A stretch of DNA of 49,727 nt, the filler included, from Actinomycetota bacterium (GTDB taxonomy: Bacteria > Actinomycetota > CADDZG01 > JAHWKV01 > JAOPZY01): NCBI GenBank assembly GCA_025963875.1. It is 3 parts of 3 records of this genome, joined end to end, with 100 filler letters (N's around TTAATTAATTAA, not from the genome) between each part and the next. Parts side by side here need not be neighbours in the genome. Positions count along the whole stretch, not along the records: positions 1 to 28,688 come from JAOPZY010000052.1; 2 more parts are not named here. The stretch is one strand, 5' to 3'. Below are positions 1 through 8,785 of this stretch, in pieces. A program made the translations under genes and the position numbers. The stretch's first letter is position 1. The number at the start of each line of letters is the position of its first letter. Below the pieces are notes generated by a model, which was not told where the DNA came from, searched no databases, and saw nothing but the letters and a program-made list of their open reading frames with translations.

Positions 1-7
1 CTGGGCA

Positions 8-1003
8 ATGCCTGCGGTCGAGGTGGTCGATCTCCGCAAGCGCTACGCCAAAAGCAAGGTCGAGGCCGTCGCCGGTATCTCCTTCGCCGTGGACCGCGGA
101 GAGGTCTTCGGCCTGCTCGGCCCCAACGGTGCAGGAAAGACCACGACGGTCGGCATCCTCACGACCCGCGTGCGGCCCACCGGAGGGACGGCGAAGGTCG
201 CCGGCATCGATGTCATGGCCGACCCCGTGGCGGCCCGCCGGATCCTGGCGGTCGTGCCCCAGCGCAACAACCTCGACCGGTCGCTCTCGGTCAGGCAGAA
301 CCTCCTCTTCCACGCCGCGTACCACGGCGTCCCGCGGGCCGAGCGCCGGGAGCGGGCCGAGGTGCTGCTCGACCAGTTCGGCCTCCTCGACCGGGCGGAC
401 GAGAAGCCGGCGCTGTTCTCCGGCGGCCAGTCCCAACGGATGATGATCGCCCGGGCGCTGATGCACGCCCCCGAGGTGCTGTTCCTCGACGAACCCTCGA
501 CCGGGCTGGACCCCGCGGCGCGCCTGTTCGTGTGGGACCGGGTGCGGGAGCTGCAGGCGGCCGGGACGACGATCGTGCTCACCACGCACGACATGGACGA
601 GGCGGCGGCGCTCGCCGACCGGGTGGGGATCATGGACCGCGGCGAGCTCCTCGCTCTCGACACGCCGAAGGCCCTGATCCAGCAGCTGCCCGGCGAGCGG
701 ACCCTCGACGTGGCCGTCAACCTTGCAAATGGCGTACCGATGGACACCGTGTCCGCGGAGCTGTCCAAGCTGGCGGGCGTCGAGCGCGTGGAGCACGTGC
801 CGGCGCCAGGGGGGCCACCCGGCGCCGGTCCTGCTGCAGGGCCCCGGCACTTCCGTCTCTATGTGGCCGGGGAGGCGGCGTCGCTGGTCAGCCCCGTCGT
901 CCAGGCCCTGCAGCCCCTCGGGGCGAGCCTCGACGGGGTCAACCTTGGCGAACCCACGTTGGAGGACGTCTTCATCCACCTCACGGGGAGGACCCTGCGA
1001 TGA
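8..1003 (+). CDS. ABC exporter ATP-binding subunit (DrrA/NodI-like)
   Basis: Walker A GPNGAGKTT, signature FSGGQ, Walker B LFLDEP, H-loop TTH, C-terminal PTLEDVF motif typical of DrrA-like ATPases. Confidence 0.93.
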   Translation: MPAVEVVDLRKRYAKSKVEAVAGISFAVDRGEVFGLLGPNGAGKTTTVGILTTRVRPTGGTAKVAGIDVMADPVAARRILAVVPQRNNLDRSLSVRQNLLFHAAYHGVPRAERRERAEVLLDQFGLLDRADEKPALFSGGQSQRMMIARALMHAPEVLFLDEPSTGLDPAARLFVWDRVRELQAAGTTIVLTTHDMDEAAALADRVGIMDRGELLALDTPKALIQQLPGERTLDVAVNLANGVPMDTVSAELSKLAGVERVEHVPAPGGPPGAGPAAGPRHFRLYVAGEAASLVSPVVQALQPLGASLDGVNLGEPTLEDVFIHLTGRTLR

Positions 1004-1037
1004 GCTTGAGCTACTCCCCCCTAATGGACCCCCCACG

Positions 1038-1847
1038 ATGACTGCCGTGCAGACGCAGGCGCCGGCCCGCCACGCCATCACCCCCCTCGGCGCCTTCTTC
1101 GCCGTCCTGGGCCGGGATGTCTTCGTCACCGCGCGCGAGCTGCCGATCTTCCTGGCCCAGGTGGTGCTCCAGCCGCTGTTCCTGCTGTTCGTCTTCGGCA
1201 AGATCCTGACCCAGCTCGGCTATGCCCAGCACGGCTACGCCCAGGTGCTGTTTCCCGGCCTGGTTGCCCTCGCGTCGGTCCTGACCGGGCTGCAATCCAC
1301 GGCCTTCCCCCTCGTCATCGAGTTCTCCTACACCAACGAGATCGAGGACCGCCTCCTCGCCCCGCTGCCGCTCGGCATGGTGGCCATCGAGAAGGAGGTG
1401 GTGGCCGCACTCCGGGCGCTGGTCTCGGCGGGGGTGATGTTCCCGGTGGGCATCGTCATCCTCGGTGGCATCCCCTGGGTGGCGTCCAACGTGGTCTGGG
1501 TCGTGGCCTTCCTCATCCTCGGCGCCCTCGTCGGATCGGCCCTCGGCCTGACGCTGGGTACGTTCGTGCCACCCAACCGGATCAACGTCATGTTCGCCCT
1601 CATTCTCACGCCGCTGCTCTTCACGGGGGCGAGCCAGTACCCGTGGCCGTCGCTCAGCCGCCTGCGATGGTTCCAGGTGGTCACGGCTTTCAACCCGCTC
1701 ACCTACGTGAGCGAGGGCCTGCGGGGCGCCATGACCCCGCAGACGCCGCACATCGCCCCGTGGATCTGCCTGCTGGTGCTGCTTGTTGCCACGGGCGGAC
1801 TGACCGCTCTGGGAATCTTCGGGTTCTTCCGCCGCGCCCTCACGTAG
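1038..1847 (+). CDS. ABC-2 type exporter permease
   Basis: About 6 hydrophobic helices, NPLTYVSEGLR motif, follows the ATPase; start placed at ATG 1038 (MTAVQTQ) inside ORF 723..1847. Confidence 0.9.
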   Translation: MTAVQTQAPARHAITPLGAFFAVLGRDVFVTARELPIFLAQVVLQPLFLLFVFGKILTQLGYAQHGYAQVLFPGLVALASVLTGLQSTAFPLVIEFSYTNEIEDRLLAPLPLGMVAIEKEVVAALRALVSAGVMFPVGIVILGGIPWVASNVVWVVAFLILGALVGSALGLTLGTFVPPNRINVMFALILTPLLFTGASQYPWPSLSRLRWFQVVTAFNPLTYVSEGLRGAMTPQTPHIAPWICLLVLLVATGGLTALGIFGFFRRALT

Positions 1848-2085
1848 TCCGTGCGGTCTTTCACCGAAAAAAGTTCCCTCAAGCGAGTCACTGACGCAAT
1901 TGGGGGAACCGCTTGGGGCCGCGGAGAAATATAGTGGAAATACAACAAGATGACACCCCCAGAGCAACGATCTCAGCGGGGGTTCGGGGGTCGCCCCCGC
2001 GCTCCGTAGGTCCTCGCCCCGATGCTGCAAGCTCACGTCGCCTTCGTCGAGCAAACCCAGAAGCAAACAGAGAGGACACAGGTCC

Positions 2086-3297
2086 ATGAAGCTCCAGCGT
2101 CCCAACACCGTTCTCGCACTCGTCCTCGCCCTTGCGGTCGTGTTCACGGCCTGCTCGAAGAAGACGGCGACCTCCACCGGCTCGTCGCCGACCCCGACCG
2201 CGGTACCGACGCTCTCGGCGACCTCGTTCACGAGCGACTTCTCGGCCATGAGCAAGCTCACGGGCCTCGCCGCTTCCGGCAAGGGCAGCATCGGCGTCCT
2301 GCTGCCGGACACCGCCTCGTCCGCCCGCTACACGGCGTTCGATCTTCCCCTGCTCACGCAGGCGTTCCAGAAGGCGGGGCTCTCATCGAGCCAGTTCACC
2401 ATCGACAACGCCCAGGGTTCTGAGAGCACCCAGCTCACCCAGGCCCAGGCGCTCATGACCAGCGGCGCCACGGTCCTGCTCGTCGACGCCCTGAGCTCCG
2501 GCGTGGGCGCCAACATCGAGAAACTTGCCAAGACCAACGGGGTCAAGACCATCGACTACGACCGCCTCGTCCTCGGCGGCAGCCGGGACGCCTACGTCAG
2601 CTTCGACAACGTGAAGGTCGGCGGCCTCATCGGCCAGGGGGCCGTGGACTGCGTCACGGCGTGGAACGTGGCCAAGCCGGCCGTCTTCGAGCTGGATGGG
2701 TCCCCCGACGACAACAACGCCACGCTCTTCGCCCAGGGTTACAACGCCGTGCTGAAGCCCCACTTCGACAACGGGACATACACGAAGGTCAACGAGCAGG
2801 CCGTGCCTAAGTGGAACAACGACACGGCGCAGACGATCTTCACCCAGCAGTACACGGCCCACAAGGACATCAACACCGTGGTGAGCGCCAACGACGGCCT
2901 GGGCAACTCGGTGATCAACGTCCTCAAGAACAACAAGATCGCTGCCAAGACCGTCCCCGTGACCGGTCAGGACGCTACGCTTCAGGGTATGCAGAACGTG
3001 CTCGCGGGCTACCAGTGCGGGTCGGTCTACAAGCCGATCTTCCTCGAGACCCAGGCCGCCGCCGCCCTCGCGATCTACCTGCGAGCCAGCCAGACGCCTC
3101 CGGCGGAGCTCCTGAACGGCACGACGAAGGACACGGGCGCCACCCCCAACGTCGACGTCCCGTCGGTGTTGCTGACGCCGGTGTGGGTGACGACCCAGAA
3201 CATGGGGTCCACGGTCGTCGCCGACAAGTTCGTCGACAAGGCCACGCTCTGTGCGGGCGCCTTCGCCGCGATGTGCACATCGGCGGGGATCTCGTAG
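2086..3297 (+). CDS. Sugar ABC transporter substrate-binding lipoprotein (XylF/ChvE-like)
   Basis: Lipobox VFTAC, LLPDTASSARY, DYDRL, VSFDN, SANDG, TGQD motifs; GAGG RBS upstream. Confidence 0.9.
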   Translation: MKLQRPNTVLALVLALAVVFTACSKKTATSTGSSPTPTAVPTLSATSFTSDFSAMSKLTGLAASGKGSIGVLLPDTASSARYTAFDLPLLTQAFQKAGLSSSQFTIDNAQGSESTQLTQAQALMTSGATVLLVDALSSGVGANIEKLAKTNGVKTIDYDRLVLGGSRDAYVSFDNVKVGGLIGQGAVDCVTAWNVAKPAVFELDGSPDDNNATLFAQGYNAVLKPHFDNGTYTKVNEQAVPKWNNDTAQTIFTQQYTAHKDINTVVSANDGLGNSVINVLKNNKIAAKTVPVTGQDATLQGMQNVLAGYQCGSVYKPIFLETQAAAALAIYLRASQTPPAELLNGTTKDTGATPNVDVPSVLLTPVWVTTQNMGSTVVADKFVDKATLCAGAFAAMCTSAGIS

Positions 3298-4140
3298 ATG
3301 TCGGACGGCTCGGGCACCGGGGCAGTCGACCCCGGTGCCCTGCTGTCCCTGCGGGGCATCGACAAGAACTTCGGGCCGGTGCAGGCGCTCACCGGCGTGA
3401 ACCTCGACGTGCCCGCCGCCCAGGTGACCGCCCTCCTCGGCGACAACGGGGCGGGCAAGTCGGTCCTGGTCAAGACGATCTCGGGTATCCATGCCGCCGA
3501 CGGAGGCCAGATCCTCTGGGAGGGGCGGCCGGTCCATTTCCGCACCCCCAAAGAGGCGACGGCGCTCGGCATCAACACGGTGTTCCAGGACCTTGCCCTC
3601 TGCGACAACCTCGACATCGTCCAGAACATGTTCCTGGGGAGGGAGCGCCGCCAGCTCGGCGTGTTCCTCGCCGAGGACGAGATGGAGAAAGCAGCAGCAG
3701 CAACCCTCGCTGGCCTCTCGGTGACCACCGTGCGGTCGATCCGCCAGCCGGTGGCGTCGCTGTCCGGGGGCCAGCGCCAGTCGGTGGCCGTCGCCCGGGC
3801 GGTGATGTGGAACTCCAAGCTCGTGATCATGGACGAGCCCACCGCCGCCCTCGGTGTCGCCCAGACAAGGATGGTGCTGGACCTCATCCGCCGGCTCGCG
3901 GACAAGGGCCTCGCGGTGCTCGTGATCTCCCACAACCTCGTCGACGTCTTCGAGGTGGCGGACCGCCTCGCCGTCCTGTACCTGGGGCGGATGGTCGCCC
4001 AGGGGCAGGCTACGGACTTCGACCGCCAGAGCGTGGTCGAGCTCATGACCACGGGGACGTCCATCAGGCTGTCGAGCCGGGCGACGGGGGACTCCCCGCC
4101 CGCAATCATCGCCGCCCCCGGCGGCGGATCGGAGGGCTAG
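3298..4140 (+). CDS. Sugar ABC transporter ATP-binding protein (single domain)
   Basis: GDNGAGKS, LSGGQRQ, IMDEPTAALG, ISH motifs; abuts the binding-protein gene. Confidence 0.93.
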   Translation: MSDGSGTGAVDPGALLSLRGIDKNFGPVQALTGVNLDVPAAQVTALLGDNGAGKSVLVKTISGIHAADGGQILWEGRPVHFRTPKEATALGINTVFQDLALCDNLDIVQNMFLGRERRQLGVFLAEDEMEKAAAATLAGLSVTTVRSIRQPVASLSGGQRQSVAVARAVMWNSKLVIMDEPTAALGVAQTRMVLDLIRRLADKGLAVLVISHNLVDVFEVADRLAVLYLGRMVAQGQATDFDRQSVVELMTTGTSIRLSSRATGDSPPAIIAAPGGGSEG

Positions 4141-4143
4141 CCG

Positions 4144-5457
4144 ATGCCGGATGTGAAGGAGGGGGCCCCACCACCCCTCGACGACGTACCCGAGGCCGTG
4201 AACGAGGCCGCGGCGACCCGTGCCGAGCTTGCCGTTGCCCCCGAGATCATCGCCAACTCGCTCGGGGAGTACCTCAAGGCCTGGATGGCCCGCATCAGGG
4301 CCGGCGAGAGTGGCGTGCTCCCGGTCATCGTTGGCCTCATCGTCATCGCCGTCATCTTCCAGACCCAGAACTCCAACTTCCTCACCGCCGGGAACCTGGT
4401 CAACCTCATTGTCCAGGGGGCGCCCTTCATGCTGCTGGGCCTGGCCCAGGTCTTCCCCCTGCTCCTGGGGGAGATCGACCTGTCGATCGGCTTCGTCGGC
4501 GGCGTCGCCGGGGGCATCACCGCCCTGCTGCTGGCCTTCCCGCACAACTGGCCGTGGTGGGCAGCGGTCGGCGTGGGCCTGCTCGTCACCGCCTGTATCG
4601 GTCTCGTCCAGGGGACCGTCATCACACGCCTGGGGCTGCCGTCGTTCGTGGTGACCCTCGCCGGGCTGCTCGGGTTTCAGGGCGTCCTGCTCAGGATGCT
4701 GGGGCAGGGCGGGACGGTGCCCATCGCCAACGACATCGTCAACGACTTCGCCAACGGCAACATGACCGTGGGGGCGGGCTGGGTGGTGGCGGGGCTGCTC
4801 ATCCTCGGTTATGCCGGGGTCACCTGGTGGCGCGACCAGCGCCGCCGGGCCAGCGGCCTCGTCGCCCCGCCGGTTGGCCTCACCGCCCTGAAGATCGGCG
4901 CGGTCGCCGTTGCCGGCGTGGCGCTCATGCTCATCTGCAACGCCAACCGGGGTGCGCTTGTGGCGATCCAGGGGATGCCGTGGGTCGTGCTCATCGTACT
5001 CGGCGTTCTTGCCGCGTGGTCGCTCCTGCTCGGCAAGACCCGCTTCGGCCGCTACGTCTACGCCATCGGCGGCAACGCCGAGGCCGCTCGCCGGTCGGGC
5101 GTCAACCTGGCGCGGATCCGCACCACTGCGTTCGTCCTGTGCTCGTTCACGGCCGGCATCGCCGGCATCGTCTACGCCTCGCGGCTGCGCTCGGTCTCGA
5201 CCAACCTCGACGGTGGCACGCTCGTGCTCTACGCCGTGGCCGCTGCCGTCATCGGGGGCACGAGCCTGTTCGGGGGCCGGGGCAAGCCACTGCACGCAGT
5301 CCTGGGCGGGATCGTCATCGCCGCCATCGCCAACGGCATGGGCCTGCTGGGCATGGCCGCCGCCACCCAGCTCATCGTCACGGCCCTGGTGCTCCTGGCC
5401 GCGGTGACCATCGACGCGGTGGCCCGCCGGGGAAGGACGGCCGCCGGAACCCGATGA
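4144..5457 (+). CDS. Sugar ABC transporter permease (XylH-like)
   Basis: GEIDLSIG, PSFVVTL, GRYVYAIGGNAEAARRSG, AVIGGTSLFGGRG motifs. Confidence 0.93.
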   Translation: MPDVKEGAPPPLDDVPEAVNEAAATRAELAVAPEIIANSLGEYLKAWMARIRAGESGVLPVIVGLIVIAVIFQTQNSNFLTAGNLVNLIVQGAPFMLLGLAQVFPLLLGEIDLSIGFVGGVAGGITALLLAFPHNWPWWAAVGVGLLVTACIGLVQGTVITRLGLPSFVVTLAGLLGFQGVLLRMLGQGGTVPIANDIVNDFANGNMTVGAGWVVAGLLILGYAGVTWWRDQRRRASGLVAPPVGLTALKIGAVAVAGVALMLICNANRGALVAIQGMPWVVLIVLGVLAAWSLLLGKTRFGRYVYAIGGNAEAARRSGVNLARIRTTAFVLCSFTAGIAGIVYASRLRSVSTNLDGGTLVLYAVAAAVIGGTSLFGGRGKPLHAVLGGIVIAAIANGMGLLGMAAATQLIVTALVLLAAVTIDAVARRGRTAAGTR

Positions 5458-5465
5458 CGCTCAGC

Positions 5466-5517
5466 GAGAAGTGAGGAGTTTTTTGCGCGTCATACGCGTA
5501 ATTTCCTCCTCGCTTTC
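5466..5517. repeat. Imperfect palindrome, diverged member of the 49-bp REP-like family
   Basis: AAGTGAGGAG-TTTTTT-GCGCGT-CAT-ACGCGT-AATTTC-CTCCTCGCTT between convergent genes; same size and CGCG-centred core as the other copies. Confidence 0.65.
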
Positions 5518-5525
5518 CCGTTGAC

Positions 5526-6749
5526 CTAGACGGTGGCGAGTGCGGAGCGTACGTCGGTGTCCGGGTCGGCCAGCTTGGCCGGGTCGACGACCGCCTTCGA
5601 CTTCATCAGGGCGATGCAGCGGCGCAGGTCCCTGCCCCGGTTGAGTGCCACGGCCCCCTCGATCCAGCCGTCGCGGAGGTAGAAGGCCACGAAGCTGCGG
5701 GACTCGAGGTCGCCTCTGATGACGGGGTTCGCCCAGTCGGACACGTGACCGGCGGACTGGATGTTGGCGTCGTACTGATCGGACCAGAACCAGTGCACCT
5801 CGTCGTAGGGCTCCGTGCTTCCCAGCATGGCCTTTGCGGCGGCGGCGCCCTGCTTCATGGCGTTCTGCCAGTGCTCGACTCGGATGTGGTGGCCGACGAG
5901 GGGATGGAGGTGGTTGGCGACGTCCCCCGCCGCATAGACGCCGTCGATATTGGTGCGGCAGTGCTCGTCGACGACGATGCCGTTCTCGAGATGCACGCCC
6001 TCGTCCTCGAGCAGGTCGGTGACCGGTGAGGCCCCCACTCCCACGACGACGACGTCGCAGTCGATGCGCATCCCCGACCCGGTCACGACCCGCTCCACCC
6101 GGTCGCCGCCTTCGAAGGCATCGACGGATTCGCCGAGGTGCATCTTCACGCCGTGGTCCGCATGGATGGCGGCCACGACGGCGCCGATCTGGGGGCCGAG
6201 CGCGCGGTAGCAGGGAGCCGGCAGCGGCTCGACGGCGACCACCTCGAGACCACAGAGGCGCAACGATGCTGCCACCTCGGCCCCGATGAAGCCCATCCCA
6301 ACGACCACCGCCCTGGTCGCCCCCGCCGCGTGTGCCCGGATGGCCTCGGCGTCGGCGACGGTGCGCAACGTATGGACCCCGCCCAGGTGCGCGCCGGGGA
6401 CGCCGAGCGTTCGGTTGCGCAGCCCGGTGGCGACGAGGACCTTGTCGTAGCGGATCGCTTCACCGTCATCGAGGATCGCCTGCCGGGAGCCCACGTCGAT
6501 GCGCGCCACGCGGCTGCCGAAGCGGCATTCGATCTGGTTCGCGTCCCAGAAGTCGGGCGGGCGGATGAGGGCCTTCTCGAACGGCGCCTCGCCCCGCAGG
6601 AACTCCTTGGAGAGGGGAGGGCGCTCGTAGGGGGCGACGGGTTCTTCGCCGACGAGCACCACCCTGCCCTCGAAGCCGTCCCCCCGCAGGGTTGCCGCAG
6701 CCGTCCCACCGGCAAGGTTGGCCCCGGCCACGACGTACGTCTCGGGCAT
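5526..6749 (-). CDS. FAD/NAD(P)H-dependent ferredoxin reductase
   Basis: Starts MPETYVVAGANLAGG; YERPPLSK, VVGMGFIGAE, YAAGDVA, WFWSDQYD motifs; start overlaps the ferredoxin stop. Confidence 0.92.
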   Translation of the reverse strand: MPETYVVAGANLAGGTAAATLRGDGFEGRVVLVGEEPVAPYERPPLSKEFLRGEAPFEKALIRPPDFWDANQIECRFGSRVARIDVGSRQAILDDGEAIRYDKVLVATGLRNRTLGVPGAHLGGVHTLRTVADAEAIRAHAAGATRAVVVGMGFIGAEVAASLRLCGLEVVAVEPLPAPCYRALGPQIGAVVAAIHADHGVKMHLGESVDAFEGGDRVERVVTGSGMRIDCDVVVVGVGASPVTDLLEDEGVHLENGIVVDEHCRTNIDGVYAAGDVANHLHPLVGHHIRVEHWQNAMKQGAAAAKAMLGSTEPYDEVHWFWSDQYDANIQSAGHVSDWANPVIRGDLESRSFVAFYLRDGWIEGAVALNRGRDLRRCIALMKSKAVVDPAKLADPDTDVRSALATV

Positions 6750-7060
6750 CAGTCGAGCTCGACCGTCAGCTTCCCGTCGGTCTCCTGCACGGGGTACACG
6801 GAGATGGGGTCCGGGGGCGGCCCGTCCAGTACCTCGCCCGTCTTGAGGTCGAACTGTCCCATGTGGCAGGGGCAGATGACCGTCGCACCTTCGAGCTCGC
6901 CGTCGGCCAGGGAGCAGGCGGCGTGGGTGCAGGTGTCGTCGAAGGCGTAGAGCTCCCCATCGACCCTCGCGACGGCGATCTGGTCCGACCCCACCGGGAA
7001 GGCCTTCATCTGCTGATCGGGGACGGCGTCGGCAGGGCACAGTATGACGGGCTCTCCCAT
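6749..7060 (-). CDS. Rieske-type [2Fe-2S] ferredoxin
   Basis: CTH...CPCH Rieske ligands, FDLKTG, GGAGG RBS. Confidence 0.93.
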   Translation of the reverse strand: MGEPVILCPADAVPDQQMKAFPVGSDQIAVARVDGELYAFDDTCTHAACSLADGELEGATVICPCHMGQFDLKTGEVLDGPPPDPISVYPVQETDGKLTVELD

Positions 7061-7093
7061 GGGACCTCCTTCTGGTCTGAAAAGGAGGGGAGC

Positions 7094-7516
7094 CTATCGC
7101 GCCAGCAGCATTGCCTTCGTGAGGCGCTTCAAGCGGCGCAGCTCCATCCAGCGCAGCAGCACCCACACAGTCCCGATCGCGATGGCGGGGCCCTTCCACT
7201 GCCCGCCTTCGAACAGGTCGCCCAGCCGCTCGCCCCACTCGGGCGGCAGCACCTGGACCACCGGGGTCTGGGCGACCGCTGCGGGAGCTTCCTTCGCAGC
7301 CTTGCCTTCCTTGCCCTTCTTGGACTTGTTCCGGATCCGGTGGGCCACGAACCAGAACAGGCTCCCGCCGACACCACCGCCGACGGCCACGCCCGCAAGC
7401 CGCTTCAGCCAGATGGCCGGAGCCGGGAGACGTTCGGCGAGTTCGGCCATGTCCCGCCCGAGGCGGTCCCGGGTCTGTTCGATCTCGGTCAGCGTTGCAG
7501 CTGTGCTATTGCCCAC
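7094..7516 (-). CDS. DUF3618-like small membrane-associated protein
   Basis: GTG start after AGGAGG; EIEQTRDRLGRDMAELAERL resembles DUF3618; two hydrophobic segments. Confidence 0.7.
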   Translation of the reverse strand: MGNSTAATLTEIEQTRDRLGRDMAELAERLPAPAIWLKRLAGVAVGGGVGGSLFWFVAHRIRNKSKKGKEGKAAKEAPAAVAQTPVVQVLPPEWGERLGDLFEGGQWKGPAIAIGTVWVLLRWMELRRLKRLTKAMLLAR

Positions 7517-7923
7517 TCTTCTCCCTCCTTCAAGGTGCGCTTGGTCTTCTCGGGCACAAGCCCCGGCTTGCGGAGCCTTGCGAGGCCGAAGAGCACCGCG
7601 ACGACGGCCAGCAGTGCGAACGCTCCTGTGACGACAAGGCGGGAGCCCCACGGCGGCAGCACGTTGTCGAGGGCCGCGGCGGCCGTGAGGCCGCCGAAGA
7701 CCAGCACCATCAGCCCGATGACGCCCGCTGCAGCAAATGCACCGACGGCCATCGCCTTGGCGACCAGGGCTTGGACGATCTCGTGGCGTGCTAGCTCGAT
7801 CTCCTTCTGAACCAGGTGCTTGGTGTCGTCGGCAATGGACATGAGGATCTCGACCGTCGACCGTTCCGACGACTCGTTGGTTCCGGTATGGGTGTGCTTG
7901 CGAGTAGGTCGGGGTGTGTCCAT
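7489..7923 (-). CDS. Actinobacterial holin-like (Phage_holin_3_6/DUF1469) membrane protein
   Basis: LVQKEIELARHE, two TM helices, PEKTKRTLKE tail; AGGAG RBS before ATG 7923. Confidence 0.8.
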   Translation of the reverse strand: MDTPRPTRKHTHTGTNESSERSTVEILMSIADDTKHLVQKEIELARHEIVQALVAKAMAVGAFAAAGVIGLMVLVFGGLTAAAALDNVLPPWGSRLVVTGAFALLAVVAVLFGLARLRKPGLVPEKTKRTLKEGEEWAIAQLQR

Positions 7924-7981
7924 ACGCTGTCTCCTGCTGACGATTCGCCGGAACCACCACGGTGAGGTGGTTGCGGAGTTG

Positions 7982-8007
7982 CTACCCATGCCCCAAGAAC
8001 GTTACAC
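7982..8007 (-). promoter_or_regulatory. Possible SigB/SigF-type stress promoter
   Basis: GTGT-N16-GGGTAG on the minus strand ~60 nt upstream of the holin-like gene; resembles GNTT-N15/17-GGGTA consensus. Confidence 0.35.
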
Positions 8008-8104
8008 CAGGCCGCGTTTTGGACCGGGAAATCTTTGACTCCACTACCTTTGTGAGGTTTACTGCCGGAAGCTGCATTTCTCTTTAGGGCATTGGAGGCA
8101 AAGG

Positions 8105-8686
8105 ATGAACAAGAGTGACCTCGTTGACGCCATAGCGGCCGCCACCAACGAAGGGAAGTCGAAGGTTGCGGGCCTTCTCGAGGCGGTGCTGGATCACATC
8201 AGCGGGGCGCTGCAGAAGGGCGACAAGGTCACGCTCCCAGGGTTCGGAACCTTCGAGACCCGCAGGCGCCAGGCGCGGTCGGGCCGCAACCCGCGGACGG
8301 GAGCGCCCGTGAAGATCGCCGCAACGACGGCTCCGGTGTTCAAGGCCGGTGCGACGCTCAAGGGAACGGTGGCCGGCAAGAAGGCCACCTCAGCCAAGAG
8401 GGGCGCCAAGTCGAAAGCCTCCGCCAAGGTAAAGGCAACGCCGAGGGCTGCCGCGAAGACTCCGGCCAAGGCGGCATCGAAGGCAGCTGCGAAGGCCCCG
8501 GCCCTGAAGCTGAAGGCTGCACCGAAGGCTGCACCGAAGGCAGCTGCGAAGACCTCCGCCAAGGCGGCTGCCAAGCCTGCCAAGGCAGCGCCAAGGGCCG
8601 CAAAGGCCCCCGCAAAGGCAGCGTCGAGCAACGCCAAGCTCGGGGTCAAAGGTGTCGCCAAGAGGGCAGCAGCCAAGAAGAGGTAG
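8105..8686 (+). CDS. hup: HU DNA-binding protein with Lys/Ala-rich histone H1-like tail (HupB/HupS type)
   Basis: MNKSDL, GFGTF, GRNPRTG, PVFKAG HU core followed by ~100 aa of KAA/PKAA repeats; GGAGG RBS. Confidence 0.95.
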   Translation: MNKSDLVDAIAAATNEGKSKVAGLLEAVLDHISGALQKGDKVTLPGFGTFETRRRQARSGRNPRTGAPVKIAATTAPVFKAGATLKGTVAGKKATSAKRGAKSKASAKVKATPRAAAKTPAKAASKAAAKAPALKLKAAPKAAPKAAAKTSAKAAAKPAKAAPRAAKAPAKAASSNAKLGVKGVAKRAAAKKR

Positions 8687-8706
8687 CAACCGCAACGGTT
8701 TCGCCT

Positions 8707-8735
8707 CAACGGCCCGCCCATTCGGCGGGCCGTTG
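8707..8735 (+). terminator. Stem-loop after hup, probable intrinsic terminator
   Basis: Perfect 12-bp stem CAACGGCCCGCC-cattc-GGCGGGCCGTTG 20 nt after the stop; no strong U tract. Confidence 0.7.
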
Positions 8736-8785
8736 GTCTGCGCCCCGAGGCCCCCTCAAGGCGGATAACGGTATGGTGGCGCCAT

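Noticed and set aside
1871..1910. Palindrome GTTCCCTCAA...TTGGGGGAAC as a member of the 49-bp family
   Set aside because: About 5 nt shorter and lacks the CGCG core; could be a terminator or operator, so it was not counted.
1976..2000. GCGGGGGTTCGGGGGTCGCCCCCGC hairpin upstream of the sugar ABC operon
   Set aside because: Single low-complexity GC hairpin with no second clear copy in the window; function cannot be supported.
2383..5474. Very long alternative-frame ORFs (970 aa, 887 aa; likewise 12025-13947, 20460-22523, 25354-27054, 32031-34163, 38900-41503)
   Set aside because: Shadow ORFs expected in high-GC DNA; they overlap well-supported genes and have Arg/Gly/Pro-rich, motif-free translations (apart from rpmB at the end of 20460-22523).
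7489..7923. Holin-like gene as evidence of a prophage
   Set aside because: No endolysin, integrase or structural genes nearby; this family is commonly chromosomal in Actinobacteria.
8035..8063. Sigma70 promoter TTGACT-N17-TTTACT for hup
   Set aside because: Plausible -35, but the -10 lacks the conserved A at position 2; too weak to list as a feature.
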